Assembly (NCBI GenBank): GCA_964016885.1
Contig: OZ024741.1
Span: 16,802,001 to 16,866,000 of the forward strand
DNA from: Eledone cirrhosa
Taxonomy: Eukaryota
DNA length: 64,000 nucleotides
Reading direction: 5' to 3'
Every line of letters begins with the position of its first letter. Within the stretch, counting starts at the first letter, position 1. The notes under the pieces are model-generated. The model did not search any database. It was not told where the DNA came from and saw only the letters and a list, made by a program, of their open reading frames with translations. A program made the position numbers and the translations under genes. Below, piece after piece: positions 53,188-64,000 of the stretch.

Positions 53188-53355
53188 GCTAACCGGCGCC
53201 TAACGCTGTCCCTAGGGCATTGAACATTTGAAATATGTTTTGCTCAAAACACTCACACGACCATAAGTATTACATGTGAAAACTTTGAAAAAAATCGGTT
53301 GGGTGGTTCTCGAGTCAGACAGACAGACAGACATTCTCTGTTTTAGATATATAGA
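52529..53355 (-). mobile_element. Non-autonomous Helitron
   Basis: 5' TCTATATATC, 3' CCCGAGCAACGCCGGGC...CTAG|T. Contains a degenerate hammerhead-like motif at 52806-52856. Confidence 0.8.
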
Positions 53356-53620
53356 CTAGCAGAAAACCGCCCATCGTGTGGATTTTTCTGCTAGTATATA
53401 TATATATATTACACACACAGAAATGTATATATATTTCTGTGTGTATATATATATATATTACACACACAGAAATGTATATATGTTTCTATAGCACTCCTCA
53501 ATTCCCCCCTCTCTCCCTCCCGCTATCCCCCTCTTGTAGTCTGTCTCTTTCTTTCACTCTCACTCTCTCTTTACGCGTGCGCAAAAAACATTCGCACGCG
53601 CGCACGTGTTTTAGCGTCTA

Positions 53621-53687
<67 letters not shown>

Positions 53688-53831
53688 CCGCTATCCCCCT
53701 CTCGTAGTCTGTCTCTTTCTTTCACTGTCACTCTCACTCTACGCGTGCGCAAAAAACATTCGCACGCGCGCACGTGTTTCCACTGTCGGACAGACAGACA
53801 GAGAAATTGCTGGTTATATATTATAAGGAGA
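53356..53831 (-). mobile_element. Non-autonomous Helitron-like element with an internal tandem duplication
   Basis: 5' A|TCTCCTTATAATATATAA and 3' CTGCTAG. The 3' end is palindromic (53356-53394) and a ~100-bp block is repeated at 53510 and 53677. Confidence 0.65.
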
Positions 53832-53834
53832 TAA

Positions 53835-56800
53835 CTAGCAGTTTAGCCCGGCGTTGTTCGGGTTTGTTCATTTGCTATGAAAAGTTACATACAGGTAAAC
53901 GTGGCTTGAAAGCGAATAAGCTTATCAATTAAGTGCATAAAGCAGTTGAACCGGTTATTAAAAGTTACGAACCAATTAGCATTTTGGATAATCAATAATG
54001 GGGTAATAATTTTCCAATAGCGAATTTTGTAGACCAAAGTTTCAAGATGGTGGCCCTGACGCCGCTGGGTGTCAGATCTGTTCGCCATGGGTGACTCTAC
54101 CAGGAAATAGTTTTCCAGACGGCATAGCTCCAACACATCTAACACCTACACCAACATCTATAGCACCTCTTTGTAGACGATATTGCGTGTCATCCCTTGA
54201 GGAGTGTAAGCAAAAAGTCCATTCCTGCTCCCTACGCGGGAACAGGCAACATAAAGTTGGCCATGGGAGAAGCATGGCTCCCCCAAATGGATGCCCGCCA
54301 CCGACAATGTTTGCCCTTGTGACTTGTTAATGCACATGGCAAAACATGGTCTCACCGGGAATTGGGATCGCCGGAAATCGAACGGGATATCTGACGCCAA
54401 GGGGAAAAGGTTCATCCTTGGAATGAAAACATTCTCCCCTCTCCTGCACCCCGTTACAATGGTGGCCTCAATCAAGTGGGGCGTCAGTGACTTGACGACC
54501 ATGCGAGTACCGTTGCACTGCTTTGGTGGACGCAAGTTCCTTATTAGCATAATGGGACAGCCAATGCGAGGTGGGAGCCCTGGGGGCTCAAGGGAATTTA
54601 ATAACTCAACGATATCGTCGGGGTCTGACGACCGGTCGATAGATTTGAAGATGTGCTCTTTACCGGGAATTTTCTCAATCAGCTGCTCGTTAATAAAATT
54701 AACCATGGTATTTTTCGGAGCAAGGATGACTCTTTCGCTGAGCCAATCGAGGTTTTTAAAGTTAGATGAGACATTAGGAAAAACTGCTTCCCAAAGGTCA
54801 GAAGGGCTGCTCACAATGTTGCACAGGGAGTCGATTGCTATGACGCCCTTGTCATCCGCAGGGACCTTGCCCTCACCAAGTGCTAAAATGTTCTGAGCAA
54901 ATGCTGCAGACATGTTGTCACCATGCAAATGAGCACGCATATTTGTGCTCAAGTACAAACTCTTCACCTGGAGCCACAACATGGACGACTTAAGGCAGGC
55001 ACGCACTTCATCAGCTCTTGTCCCTTTGGGGATGACAGGCAGCGTTTGCCGAAAATCCCCTGATAGCAGAAGGATTACCCATAGGAGCCGTAGAATCCCT
55101 AATGTCTTTCAGGGTCCTGTCCAATGCCTCAAGAGTACCCTTGTGTGCCATTGTGCACTCATCCCAAACAATGAGGCAACATTTTTTGAGAACCAGAGCT
55201 TTGTATGAACTCTTGCTGATATTGCATGTTGGTGTCTCAGTTTTTACTAAATCCAAGGGGAGTTTAAAGGTTGAATGTGCTGTCCTGCCTCCCGGCAGCA
55301 AAGTAGCAGCGATCCCGGACGATGCAACGGACAACGAAATTTTTTTCTCTTGACGAATCTTAGCGAGAATCAATTTCGTTACAAAAGTTTTTCCGGTACC
55401 CCCAGGAACATCGAGAAAGTAAATACCCCCAGTCTGATTTTGAACCTCGTCAATGATAGTTAAATAGGTCAACCTTTGGTCCGACAGAAGTTTGGGCTCA
55501 TTTTCTTCTAAGTATTGGGAAAGAGATTCGATGTCATATGCTGTTTCCCGCAACAAATCCGAGGCCAACGTGTTAGCTTCCTCTCTGACGGTTGACGGCA
55601 AGCCATACGTCGCCAACTCACTCCCATCCATGTCGATGAGGGCGTCCTCGATATCAATGAGTGCCCGATATCAATGTCGCTGTAATCAACTTCCACTGAA
55701 GTATACTGCAGATGAGCCAGGCGCAGGAAGTCCTCAGACATGAAGTCTCTGTACTTGACCCATAAAGATTTGGGATCACCCAATTCACACTTTTGAAGCA
55801 AAATGGCAAAGAGTTCCCGTAGACCTTTAGGTGATTTCAACAAAGCACCCTCTACTAAAGTGGAATCCCATTGCGAATCATCTTCCAAAAGGCCACGCTT
55901 AAAGCAGGCTTCCCGGTACGTATCACATATTTCTCCATCAACAGTTTTGAGGTCCTGAAAACTTTGTGGGCCTACAACTTCATGCAGAAGAAGGCGGAGA
56001 TGAAAGCACTCATGCTGACTTGGGGGCACAGTGTAAATCCTTCCAAGACAGCTGTCAAATTTTACACCAGGATGTCTTTCAACAGCCTGACCTGACTTTC
56101 TTCGCACCCAAGTGTTTTTCGACCATATAAAGTAGGATGGAACATGGTGGTACACAATTGTTTGCGCAAATGTATCGAACTGGCAAAGTTTGAAGAAACC
56201 CGTCAGAGTGGTCTCTTTCGGATCGGCGGCCAACTTGGCGGCGGTTTGGTCCGTAAAGTAAACCATTTGTCCATTTTCCAAATGTACCGCAAGCTGTACG
56301 ATGGCGGGGTGCCGTTGGTGTAGAGGTAAACTAAACAGGCGCCAAAAAGCTTCATTGTTACTGATGTACCGCCACGCCAGGTATTCTGCGAATATTGAGG
56401 CATCAGAGCCCTTATTTACATATTTGCATATGTATTTTATCGACTTGACGGAGTTGCAAACCTCAACATTGATGTGGGCGTTGAACATCTTCAAGAGAAG
56501 CGGGCAGTAAGGGACCACCCATCTATTGTCGACTTGACCTCCCTTTACTGTTGTGGTGAAGCCACCGTTCTCGGGCCGTCTCCGCCTGTCTGAGTCTGGT
56601 CAACAAAATTTTTGGGGTATCCCTTACTGCACGACCCCCCTTTCAGATACTTGGGATGCTTATTAGGACCCGACGCACACGGACCATGTTAGCTTTGACG
56701 ATGTCATGTAATTCCTGGTCAGTTGCTGGGTTAGGGATTTCAGCCGAAATGAAGCTGTCTATGGCATTTGAATTGATTTTATCAGCTAACCAAATCAAAA

Positions 56801-57379
56801 TGTGAGCATGTGGCAGTCCTCGTTTTTGCCATTCGACGGTGAACATGTCACATTTTACAGCCCCGAATACCTGACCCTTTTTGATTAAAGCCATGAGTTT
56901 AGCCAGTTTCAGTCTGAACACTCTGGCAATGAGGTCATGTCTGTTCGAATAATTTTGCCCAGGAAAAAGTTCACGGGTTACATTCCGATTCATATGTCTA
57001 TAGCATTAATCTGTTATATGAAGTGTTATTTTGCGGGTTGTTATTTGCAATAAGCCGATTGAAAATGCCCCAGATAAACCGTATGTCAATACGGAACACT
57101 CAACATGGAACGCTCAATACGGAACGCTCCACTGCAGTGTTGACATATAGGGAGTGAAGAGCGACACAGAGAGTAAAGCAGTTAAATTATAGATAGGGGG
57201 AATGATCATCATCGATTTTTGCCCTTATTGTTGATGGATTTGAAATTGTTTTGCTTCATGACCTTTTCCTGACCAAAAGCAATAATTGTCCCGACTTTGA
57301 ATAGAATCCGTTGGAAATTGTGAACGTGAATCCGTTACAAACCTTAACACACACATCCTCAGATTTATATATATATAGA
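53835..57379 (-). mobile_element. Helitron with decayed Rep/PIF1 helicase
   Basis: HUH motif EWQKRGLPHAH, SIKYICKYVNKG, Walker A PGGTGKT, WDECTM and SHGQLYVACSRV. Termini are A|TC and hairpin-CTAG|T. Confidence 0.95.
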
Positions 57380-57961
57380 TATATATATGTAAATTCAAAG
57401 ATTTCATCAGTGTTTTTGAGAAACATTCTTTAGGAGATGCTGTAAAAAGAACAACAAAAAAAAAAACATTACAAGGGGGATAACTCTTGGAAGCAGGTAT
57501 GCATCCCAAAGCACAAAACACAACTATCATCATGACATTAAATTATCTAAGGGTGGTGGATTGGTAGTATCGGTAGAGGGTCTGACGCCATGCTTTGCTG
57601 CATAGATTTACGCCCCTTTATGATCTGAGTTCAAATCCTGCCGAGGTTAACTTTGCTTTTCATCCTTACGGGGTCGATAAAATAAAGTACCAGTAATACA
57701 CTGTATTAATTGCTGGCCTTGTGCCAAAAGTAGAAACAATTAAATTATCTTATTTTACGAATTTTGTCTGTCATTAGTTATCTCCCTTGGATTTCAGTAG
57801 AAGTGTTTCTTTTTTCCCTTCTTTTAGTTGTTTCAGTCATGAAACAGTAGCCATGCTGGTACAACGCTTCGAAGGAGTTTAGTGAACCCTAGTATTTACA
57901 GGACATATCACAGTCATAACGTAAACACAGTCACTCCATTCACACACACTCACACATGAAC

Positions 57962-57992
<31 letters not shown>

Positions 57993-58082
57993 TATAGTAC
58001 GTTATTCCGGGTTGAATCGGAGGTAACCACAGTAAGTAAGGTACTCAATACATTGCAGAGTATAAAGGTTTTAATATAGATG

Positions 58083-58133
58083 AGATTCTACAGGACTAGA
58101 ACTGTTTCATTCTTTAGAAATCATCAGGAATCT
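58083..58133 (-). ncRNA. Type I hammerhead ribozyme motif with complete stems
   Basis: AGATTC-CTGATGA-TTTC(TAAA)GAAT-GAAA-CAG(TTCTAGTC)CTG-TA-GAATCT: 6-bp stem I, 4-bp stem III, GUA triplet, U-U at the base of stem II. Confidence 0.75.
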
Positions 58134-58185
58134 ATATATATATATATATATATTTAGTTATGTAATAAACAACATAAGGCAATTA

Positions 58186-58247
58186 TTTCATTTACCAGTG
58201 GTTTCTTAAAAGCAAAAAAAATTTTGCTTTCAATCATCAGGATGAAA
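58186..58247 (-). ncRNA. Hammerhead motif in the left arm of an inverted repeat
   Basis: Reverse complement of 58867-58928 with one stem I mismatch next to the core. Confidence 0.7.
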
Positions 58248-58866
58248 AAATCCTGGTGTATTTATTGGCGTTGGATTTTAAAAACAAAAATATAATCTAT
58301 ATGAAAGTGAGGCTGGAAAAGGAAGAAGGAAAGGAAAAATAAAAACACATGCACACGCACAGACACACAATTATATACATACACATATATATATACACAT
58401 ACACACACACATATACACATACACACACATATATATATGTGTATATATATACATACACATACATATACACATACACATACATACATACACACATAAATAT
58501 CAACATATCCATACATACACATACATACAAATACACAAACGTGCATACACACACACATATACATGCATATATATATATATATATATATACATAAACATAT
58601 ATATACATACATACACACACATACATATATATACACATACATATATATATATATACACATACATATACATACATATATACATACACATACATACATACAT
58701 ACACACAATCATATGTATATACACACGTACATACATACACATACATACACACATATATACACGCATACATACGCATGCACAAATAAAAAAATATTTTTCA
58801 GCCTCACTTTCATATAGATTATATTTTTGTTTTTAAAATCCAACGCCAATAAATACACCAGGATTT

Positions 58867-58928
58867 TTTCATTCTGATGATTGAAAGCAAAATTTATTTT
58901 GCTTTTAAGAAACCACTGGTAAATGAAA
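58867..58928 (+). ncRNA. Type I hammerhead ribozyme motif in the right arm of an inverted repeat
   Basis: TTTCATT-CTGATGA-TTGAAAGCAAAA(TTTA)TTTTGCTTTTAA-GAAA-CCACTGG-TA-AATGAAA: 7-bp stem I, 12-bp stem II, ACCA/TGGT stem III, GUA triplet. Confidence 0.85.
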
Positions 58929-59025
58929 TAATTGCCTTATGTTGTTTATTACATAACTATTAAGCTCTGTTACCTACATAGAGCACTCTTTTTTCCTGGA
59001 CTTTTCCGACGGAATTACTTCATTT

Positions 59026-59059
<34 letters not shown>

Positions 59060-59195
59060 TAACAGTGGGCTTCAATACAGTTTCTATCAATCAAATTCCC
59101 TTCACAAAGTATTGGTAAATCTGAGGCTATAGTTGAAAACATTTGACCAATGTGAATGAACGTGAAACCACGTGGTTTCGAAGCGAACGCCTTAA

Positions 59196-59475
59196 CGCTT
59201 TAGCATTTAAACTGGCTGTATCCGGCCAGAATTCTCTCACCTCTTTCTGTTCAAACCAGCCAGAATTAGCCACTCATACTGATGTTAATGTATTGTTCTC
59301 AAAATAAATAATATCAAAAACTCATAGATTCGATATTATGTGAGGTAAAGCCTTTACCACGAAAATACAATAGTACATATAGAGTAATGTAAATGTTATG
59401 TGAGATATAATGTGAGGTAAAGCCTTTACCGTGAAAATACAATAGTATATATAGAGTAATGTAAATGCTAAAGGA
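59196..59475. mobile_element. piggyBac-type MITE, second copy in opposite orientation
   Basis: TTAA|CGCTTTAGCATTTA ... TAAATGCTAAAGGA|TTAA; the interior is homologous to 27400-27586. Confidence 0.8.
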
Positions 59476-59578
59476 TTAACCACAGAATCATGTCTTTAAA
59501 AAAAAATATAATTTTCATCTTTTACTGTACGTCGACTTGGATATTGTTTCGGTGACATTTCTAATTTCTATTCTGAAG

Positions 59579-59784
59579 CCACCAAGAATTGAAACGGACG
59601 AAATAATAATCAAACCGGAGAGCAGATGGCAAAGATATGCCTTATACATTGGAATCAGTGGAAGCATTCTTTTTATGGCCATTATAATCTACGGACTTTG
59701 GAGAAACACATTTTGTTGTCTCTCAATACTCTTCTGTCCTTGCTATAGCCTTATCTTCCCTTGTTTGGTCTTCCATTATACACG
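59579..59784 (+). CDS. Host gene coding exon 3: transmembrane helix and Cys cluster
   Basis: Branch-point-like CTAAT, acceptor TTCTGAAG|, donor CG|GTAAGT, 206 bp (phase 0 to 2). Encodes YALYIGISGSILFMAIIIYGLW then FCCLSILFCPCYSLIFPC. Confidence 0.85.
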
Positions 59785-60344
59785 GTAAGTGGCTCTGTTT
59801 TTAATGAGCCAATAATCATTTTTAACTGTTTCGTTACCATATTTTATTATCTTTCCTTGTTTGTACATCCATTACAAAAGGTAGGTGGCGCTGTTATTAA
59901 TGGACCAACAATCAGATGTAACAGTTTCATTACCATATTTCTAATGAAATACACTGACTATGATTTTCAAATAATTTTGAAAGTATTCAAAATTTTTGGG
60001 GTAATTTTCTCATTATTAAGCTGATGTGACGGCAGTGGATTGACACAGAGTTACAATAACGTGTAATATCAATTCCATTATAATCCATCCCAAACCCCAG
60101 CAAGTAAGATAAAATAAAATAAGTCAACTTACGCAATCCCCTTCCGACTTGTTTCCTTTATAATTTAACCCACTTGCATTGCTCAGCTTTCTAAACCTTT
60201 AGTTTCGTATTCCACAATGCTTCAAGCAAACTTTCACACCTTATTAAAATAAAATGAATAATTGAAAAAACAAAACAAAAACAAAACAAAATAAATCAAA
60301 ACAAACAAACAAACCTAATGGCTTTTCCAATCTTTCTTTCATAG

Positions 60345-60498
60345 TTTCGATCCAGTAGTACACCTGAACGCGAACGCCAATAAATATATACCTGGTATCA
60401 TCATTCGAAATGATGGTATGAAAGAACGATATAATCCAACATCGGAAGAAATGAAATATTTGGCAGAAGTGATGAACGCAATCGACGTTGTAGAGTAG
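60345..60498 (+). CDS. Host gene last coding exon: cytoplasmic tail
   Basis: CTAAT, polypyrimidine tract and ATAG| acceptor. Phase 2 gives RFDPVVHLNANANKYIPGIIIRNDGMKERYNPTSEEMKYLAEVMNAIDVVE*. Confidence 0.85.
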
Positions 60499-60856
60499 AT
60501 ATTGTCTCATTGTATGTTACTTCAATTTGGGGGAGAATGGCACGGATGGATGGGCACGAGTACATCACATAGCACATGTAAAAAATATATAGTTTGAACA
60601 CACATATGCGCACATAACAAACATAGGCACATACACACGTACACACATATATGTATACACATAGAAATTCATAATACATGCATATCCATGATATAAGTAC
60701 ACATACACATCAGCAGGTATTTATATATAAGTTTATATGTGTATATATATCTCCCTGTGTATATATACACGCCTGCTCATCCACCCGCCTACATATTATA
60801 CTCTTTGTTATAGACGTGATGTCATTCTACCCATCTATTGAGCTTTCATTCAACCG

Positions 60857-60916
<60 letters not shown>

Positions 60917-61283
60917 GTACACATACATACACACATACATACATACATACACACATATATACACACATACATACATACATACATACATACATACATACAT
61001 ACATACATACATACATACATACATACATACATACACACATACATACACACATATATACACACATACATACATAAATACATACATACATACATACATACAT
61101 ACATACATACACACATATATACACTCATACATACATACATACATACATACATACACACATATATACACACATACATACATACATACATACATACATACAT
61201 ACATACATACATACATACACACATATATACACACATACATACATACATACACACATATATACACACATACATACATACATACA

Positions 61284-61314
<31 letters not shown>

Positions 61315-61409
61315 CATGGAATATTTACTCTAGTAACTTGTTGAGTGCTCTAAATCAGTTATAAACATTTATATTTGTCGAACTTCCAACAAATTTAAAA
61401 CCCCTTCTA

Positions 61410-61463
<54 letters not shown>

Positions 61464-61469
61464 AACATG

Positions 61470-61513
<44 letters not shown>

Positions 61514-61699
61514 AACACACACACACAAACTCTCACACACACACATATATATATACATAAATATATACACACACATATATATACATACATATATATACAC
61601 ACATATATATGCGTACACCCACCCACACAAAGCAGATTGATATATAAATAAAGGAAAACAAATAAACCAACTTCTATTTCGTTCTTCAGTCTATTTTAC

Positions 61700-62390
61700 A
61701 GGTATATTGCTAAAGAATACGCTTCGCTGAGCAATTCTAATAAGATCGAAATATGTCTGTTGCTTTGACTAAGTTTATAGACAAGGTCCGCTGTCACTGC
61801 ATTGTCTAAAATGGTTCTAAAAAAAGTAGCTATAGCTGTAGGAGTGTTCTCTCTTGCCTCTCTTAATCTCTCCTCCTAGACACTCCGCCATTTGTAGAAT
61901 GCGCGTGAACATGAGATATCCATCTCCATAAAGTTCGATCACCACCAGCAGAGTTTAAAAATCTAAGGTCAAGTCTAATTCATAAATTGAAATTATTAAG
62001 CCAGTGTTTTTGGCTGTCCACTTCTGCTTCTCTTACCAACTAACTTTCCTTCTAGGCATAACTTACTCATAGCATGAGTTGACCTTTTAATATGACCATA
62101 CAGGTTAAGTACTCTTGACTTGATAACTGATGTGATTGGTTTAAGCTTTGTAATGTTGAGTAGCTCATTGATAGAGATATGGTCGCTGAGTCGTTTCTTA
62201 GTCATAAGTTTCATGATGTGGTTCTTGAATGTAGAGAGCTTCTGAAGTGACCTTGTTGTCCAGTTAACACAATCAAGATCATATAACACAACTAGCTATG
62301 TAGACGATCTGGCCATTATGAGTTACTCTAGAACTGATCTGCAAGACTTTCTGAATGTACTGAAGGCTGGCTTACACATCAACATCTCTT
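61700..62390. mobile_element. Decayed LINE fragment with an inverted upstream piece
   Basis: Minus 62289-61996 is the post-RT region (LNLYGHIKR..LEGK..GKRSR). Plus 62294-62388 reads SYVDDLAIMS...AGLHIN. Confidence 0.65.
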
Positions 62391-63272
62391 TTCTTAATCT
62401 GATAATCCCCAAATGGAATTTCTACCATGAAATTGCTGGGGTAGCTTCAGTGGATCGAATATTTCCCCATACTCGCCATATTCAGATAGCAAGGTGAGAC
62501 TCCATTTTTATGTACTCTCAGGTCTCCAATAATCGCTCTCCTCACTTATTAAATTTTGTGAAATTTTATTTTAAGTGGGTAGTATTTCTGCGACAATTAA
62601 TTTTATCTATTCATTAAAATACATACATGAGAAAATCCCATACGTTATAAAATAAATAGGATGGGTTGAGGTCTCAATATGTAAACTAAACAACTAATTC
62701 TGGTTTTTTAAAAATTCAACGGAGACAACCTAGAAAAATTAGAGATTTCTACCGCTTCCCCGCTTATCACCCCTCTATTATTTGGAACCCGATAGTATGA
62801 ATGTACGCGGTGTATGTATATGTATATATATATACATGTATGTATGTATGTATGTATGTATGTATGTATGTATGTATGTATGCATGTATGTATGTATGTA
62901 TGTATGTATGTTCTGGTTTTATAATTTCACAAAGTATTACCAATAGAGAGAGAATCGGTTTCTAACATAGACACAAGACTCTCTCATTGGAATTTACACA
63001 ACATCAACTAGGTAGATATGTATGTATGCATGTGTAGATATGGATGTTATTGTATGTGTGGATGTGTATGTTTTGAGTTGTATGTGTGCATGTGTACATG
63101 CTTTGTATCTGTACATGTGTATATGCAGCTATTAGATGCGACATTTTTGAAATGTTATACATATTTTTACTGTTCCATTAATGGATTGTACTTGTAATTT
63201 CCTAACTAGTTGTGTTCTTTCTGTTCCTGTGAAGCCTAGCTTCTCAAGATTTGTATTGAGGCAGTTACTAAC

Positions 63273-63303
<31 letters not shown>

Positions 63304-63360
63304 TGTATGTATGTATGTATGTATGTATGTATGTATGTATGTATGTATGTATGTATGTAT

Positions 63361-63768
63361 GAGATGACCCCTTAGCCTTTGTCAAGGCAGAATTCTAGGA
63401 GAAGGAAAACTCTGATATAACACCTGCAAGCCTGATGGTATCCAATGATGTTGACTTGTTCTTCTTTTTGGTAAATATCATCTTGGTTAAGAGAGTGGGA
63501 CTGGCTTTGTGCAGTGCCTTTGCTCACTATAAAAGCTTCACGGCACAGGCATTGCTTTATATCTGGAGATCTCTCTGCACTTGTCGTCACATGGTACCAT
63601 GGGCCCAGCACTATGTGTCAATAATTGTCACAAGTGTAGTGTTTGTACCAGAGTTTTCAAGTCGCTAGCTGGACTAAAAAGTCACACTCGTTCAGCGCAT
63701 CGGTAGGGGTTCTCCTACATGGATATAAAGTAGTGGCCGTACTCGAAAACGAGTTGGCAGCCACGATG
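63361..63768 (+). mobile_element. Short bipartite non-autonomous RTE derivative (5' UTR joined to 3' end)
   Basis: The 5' part is homologous to 14057-14338. The 3' part encodes CSVCTRVFKSLAGLKSHTRSAH and ends in an RTE-type tail like 36338-36370. Confidence 0.7.
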
Positions 63769-63796
63769 TGTGTATGTATGTAGGTATGGATGGACG

Positions 63797-63841
<45 letters not shown>

Positions 63842-63846
<5 letters not shown>

Positions 63847-64000
63847 AAAATGTATGACCCCGGCGGCAGAGCTCAAGCCGTTTCGACGGCTATTTCTGTA
63901 TTTCAGAAATAGCCGTCGAAACGGCTTAAGCTCAGCCGTCGGGGTCATACATTTTCCTATTACCCACTCTACTACCCTAAGTATTGAGTACATTGGTGCG
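63842..64000. repeat. Family H hairpin element (runs off the window)
   Basis: ~56-bp stem at 63842-63960; inverted homologue of 37076-37240. Confidence 0.85.

Noticed and set aside
54158-55631. Host PIF1 helicase gene
   Set aside because: It is intronless, frameshifted, linked to HUH Rep motifs and bounded by Helitron termini.
60678-61630. Tyr/Ile/His/Cys/Val-rich ORFs here and at 70-468, 42202-42588, 43504-43962 and 58262-58817
   Set aside because: They are translations of TA, CA and TACA microsatellites.

Overview
AT-rich, microsatellite-dense animal genomic DNA. The repeat repertoire suggests an octopod or other coleoid mollusc (inference). Most of the window is decayed transposable elements: several RTE-clade LINEs, a Tx1/L1-like LINE, R4-like and CRE-like LINE fragments, a CsRn1-like Gypsy LTR element, five Helitrons, an internally deleted mariner, TTAA MITEs and tRNA-derived SINEs. 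One host gene, only partly visible in the ORF track, can be assembled on the + strand from four phase-consistent exons (44161-44221, 50073-50314, 59579-59784, 60345-60498). It encodes a 220-aa protein with a signal peptide, an S/T-rich ectodomain, one TM helix and a Cys cluster. The most striking non-coding signal is a set of about ten short type I hammerhead-ribozyme motifs, most close to (TA)n tracts. Several lie inside long inverted repeats, including an inverted pair in intron 2 of the host gene and a U3-A8 compensatory core variant. Other notable structures are nested palindromes, a palindromic element with two convergent tRNA-like Pol III heads, a hairpin family with compensatory changes, two minisatellites born inside retroelement ORFs, 5'-inverted LINE copies and a 2.5-kb duplication with mosaic identity. 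All calls are by eye; no database searches were run.
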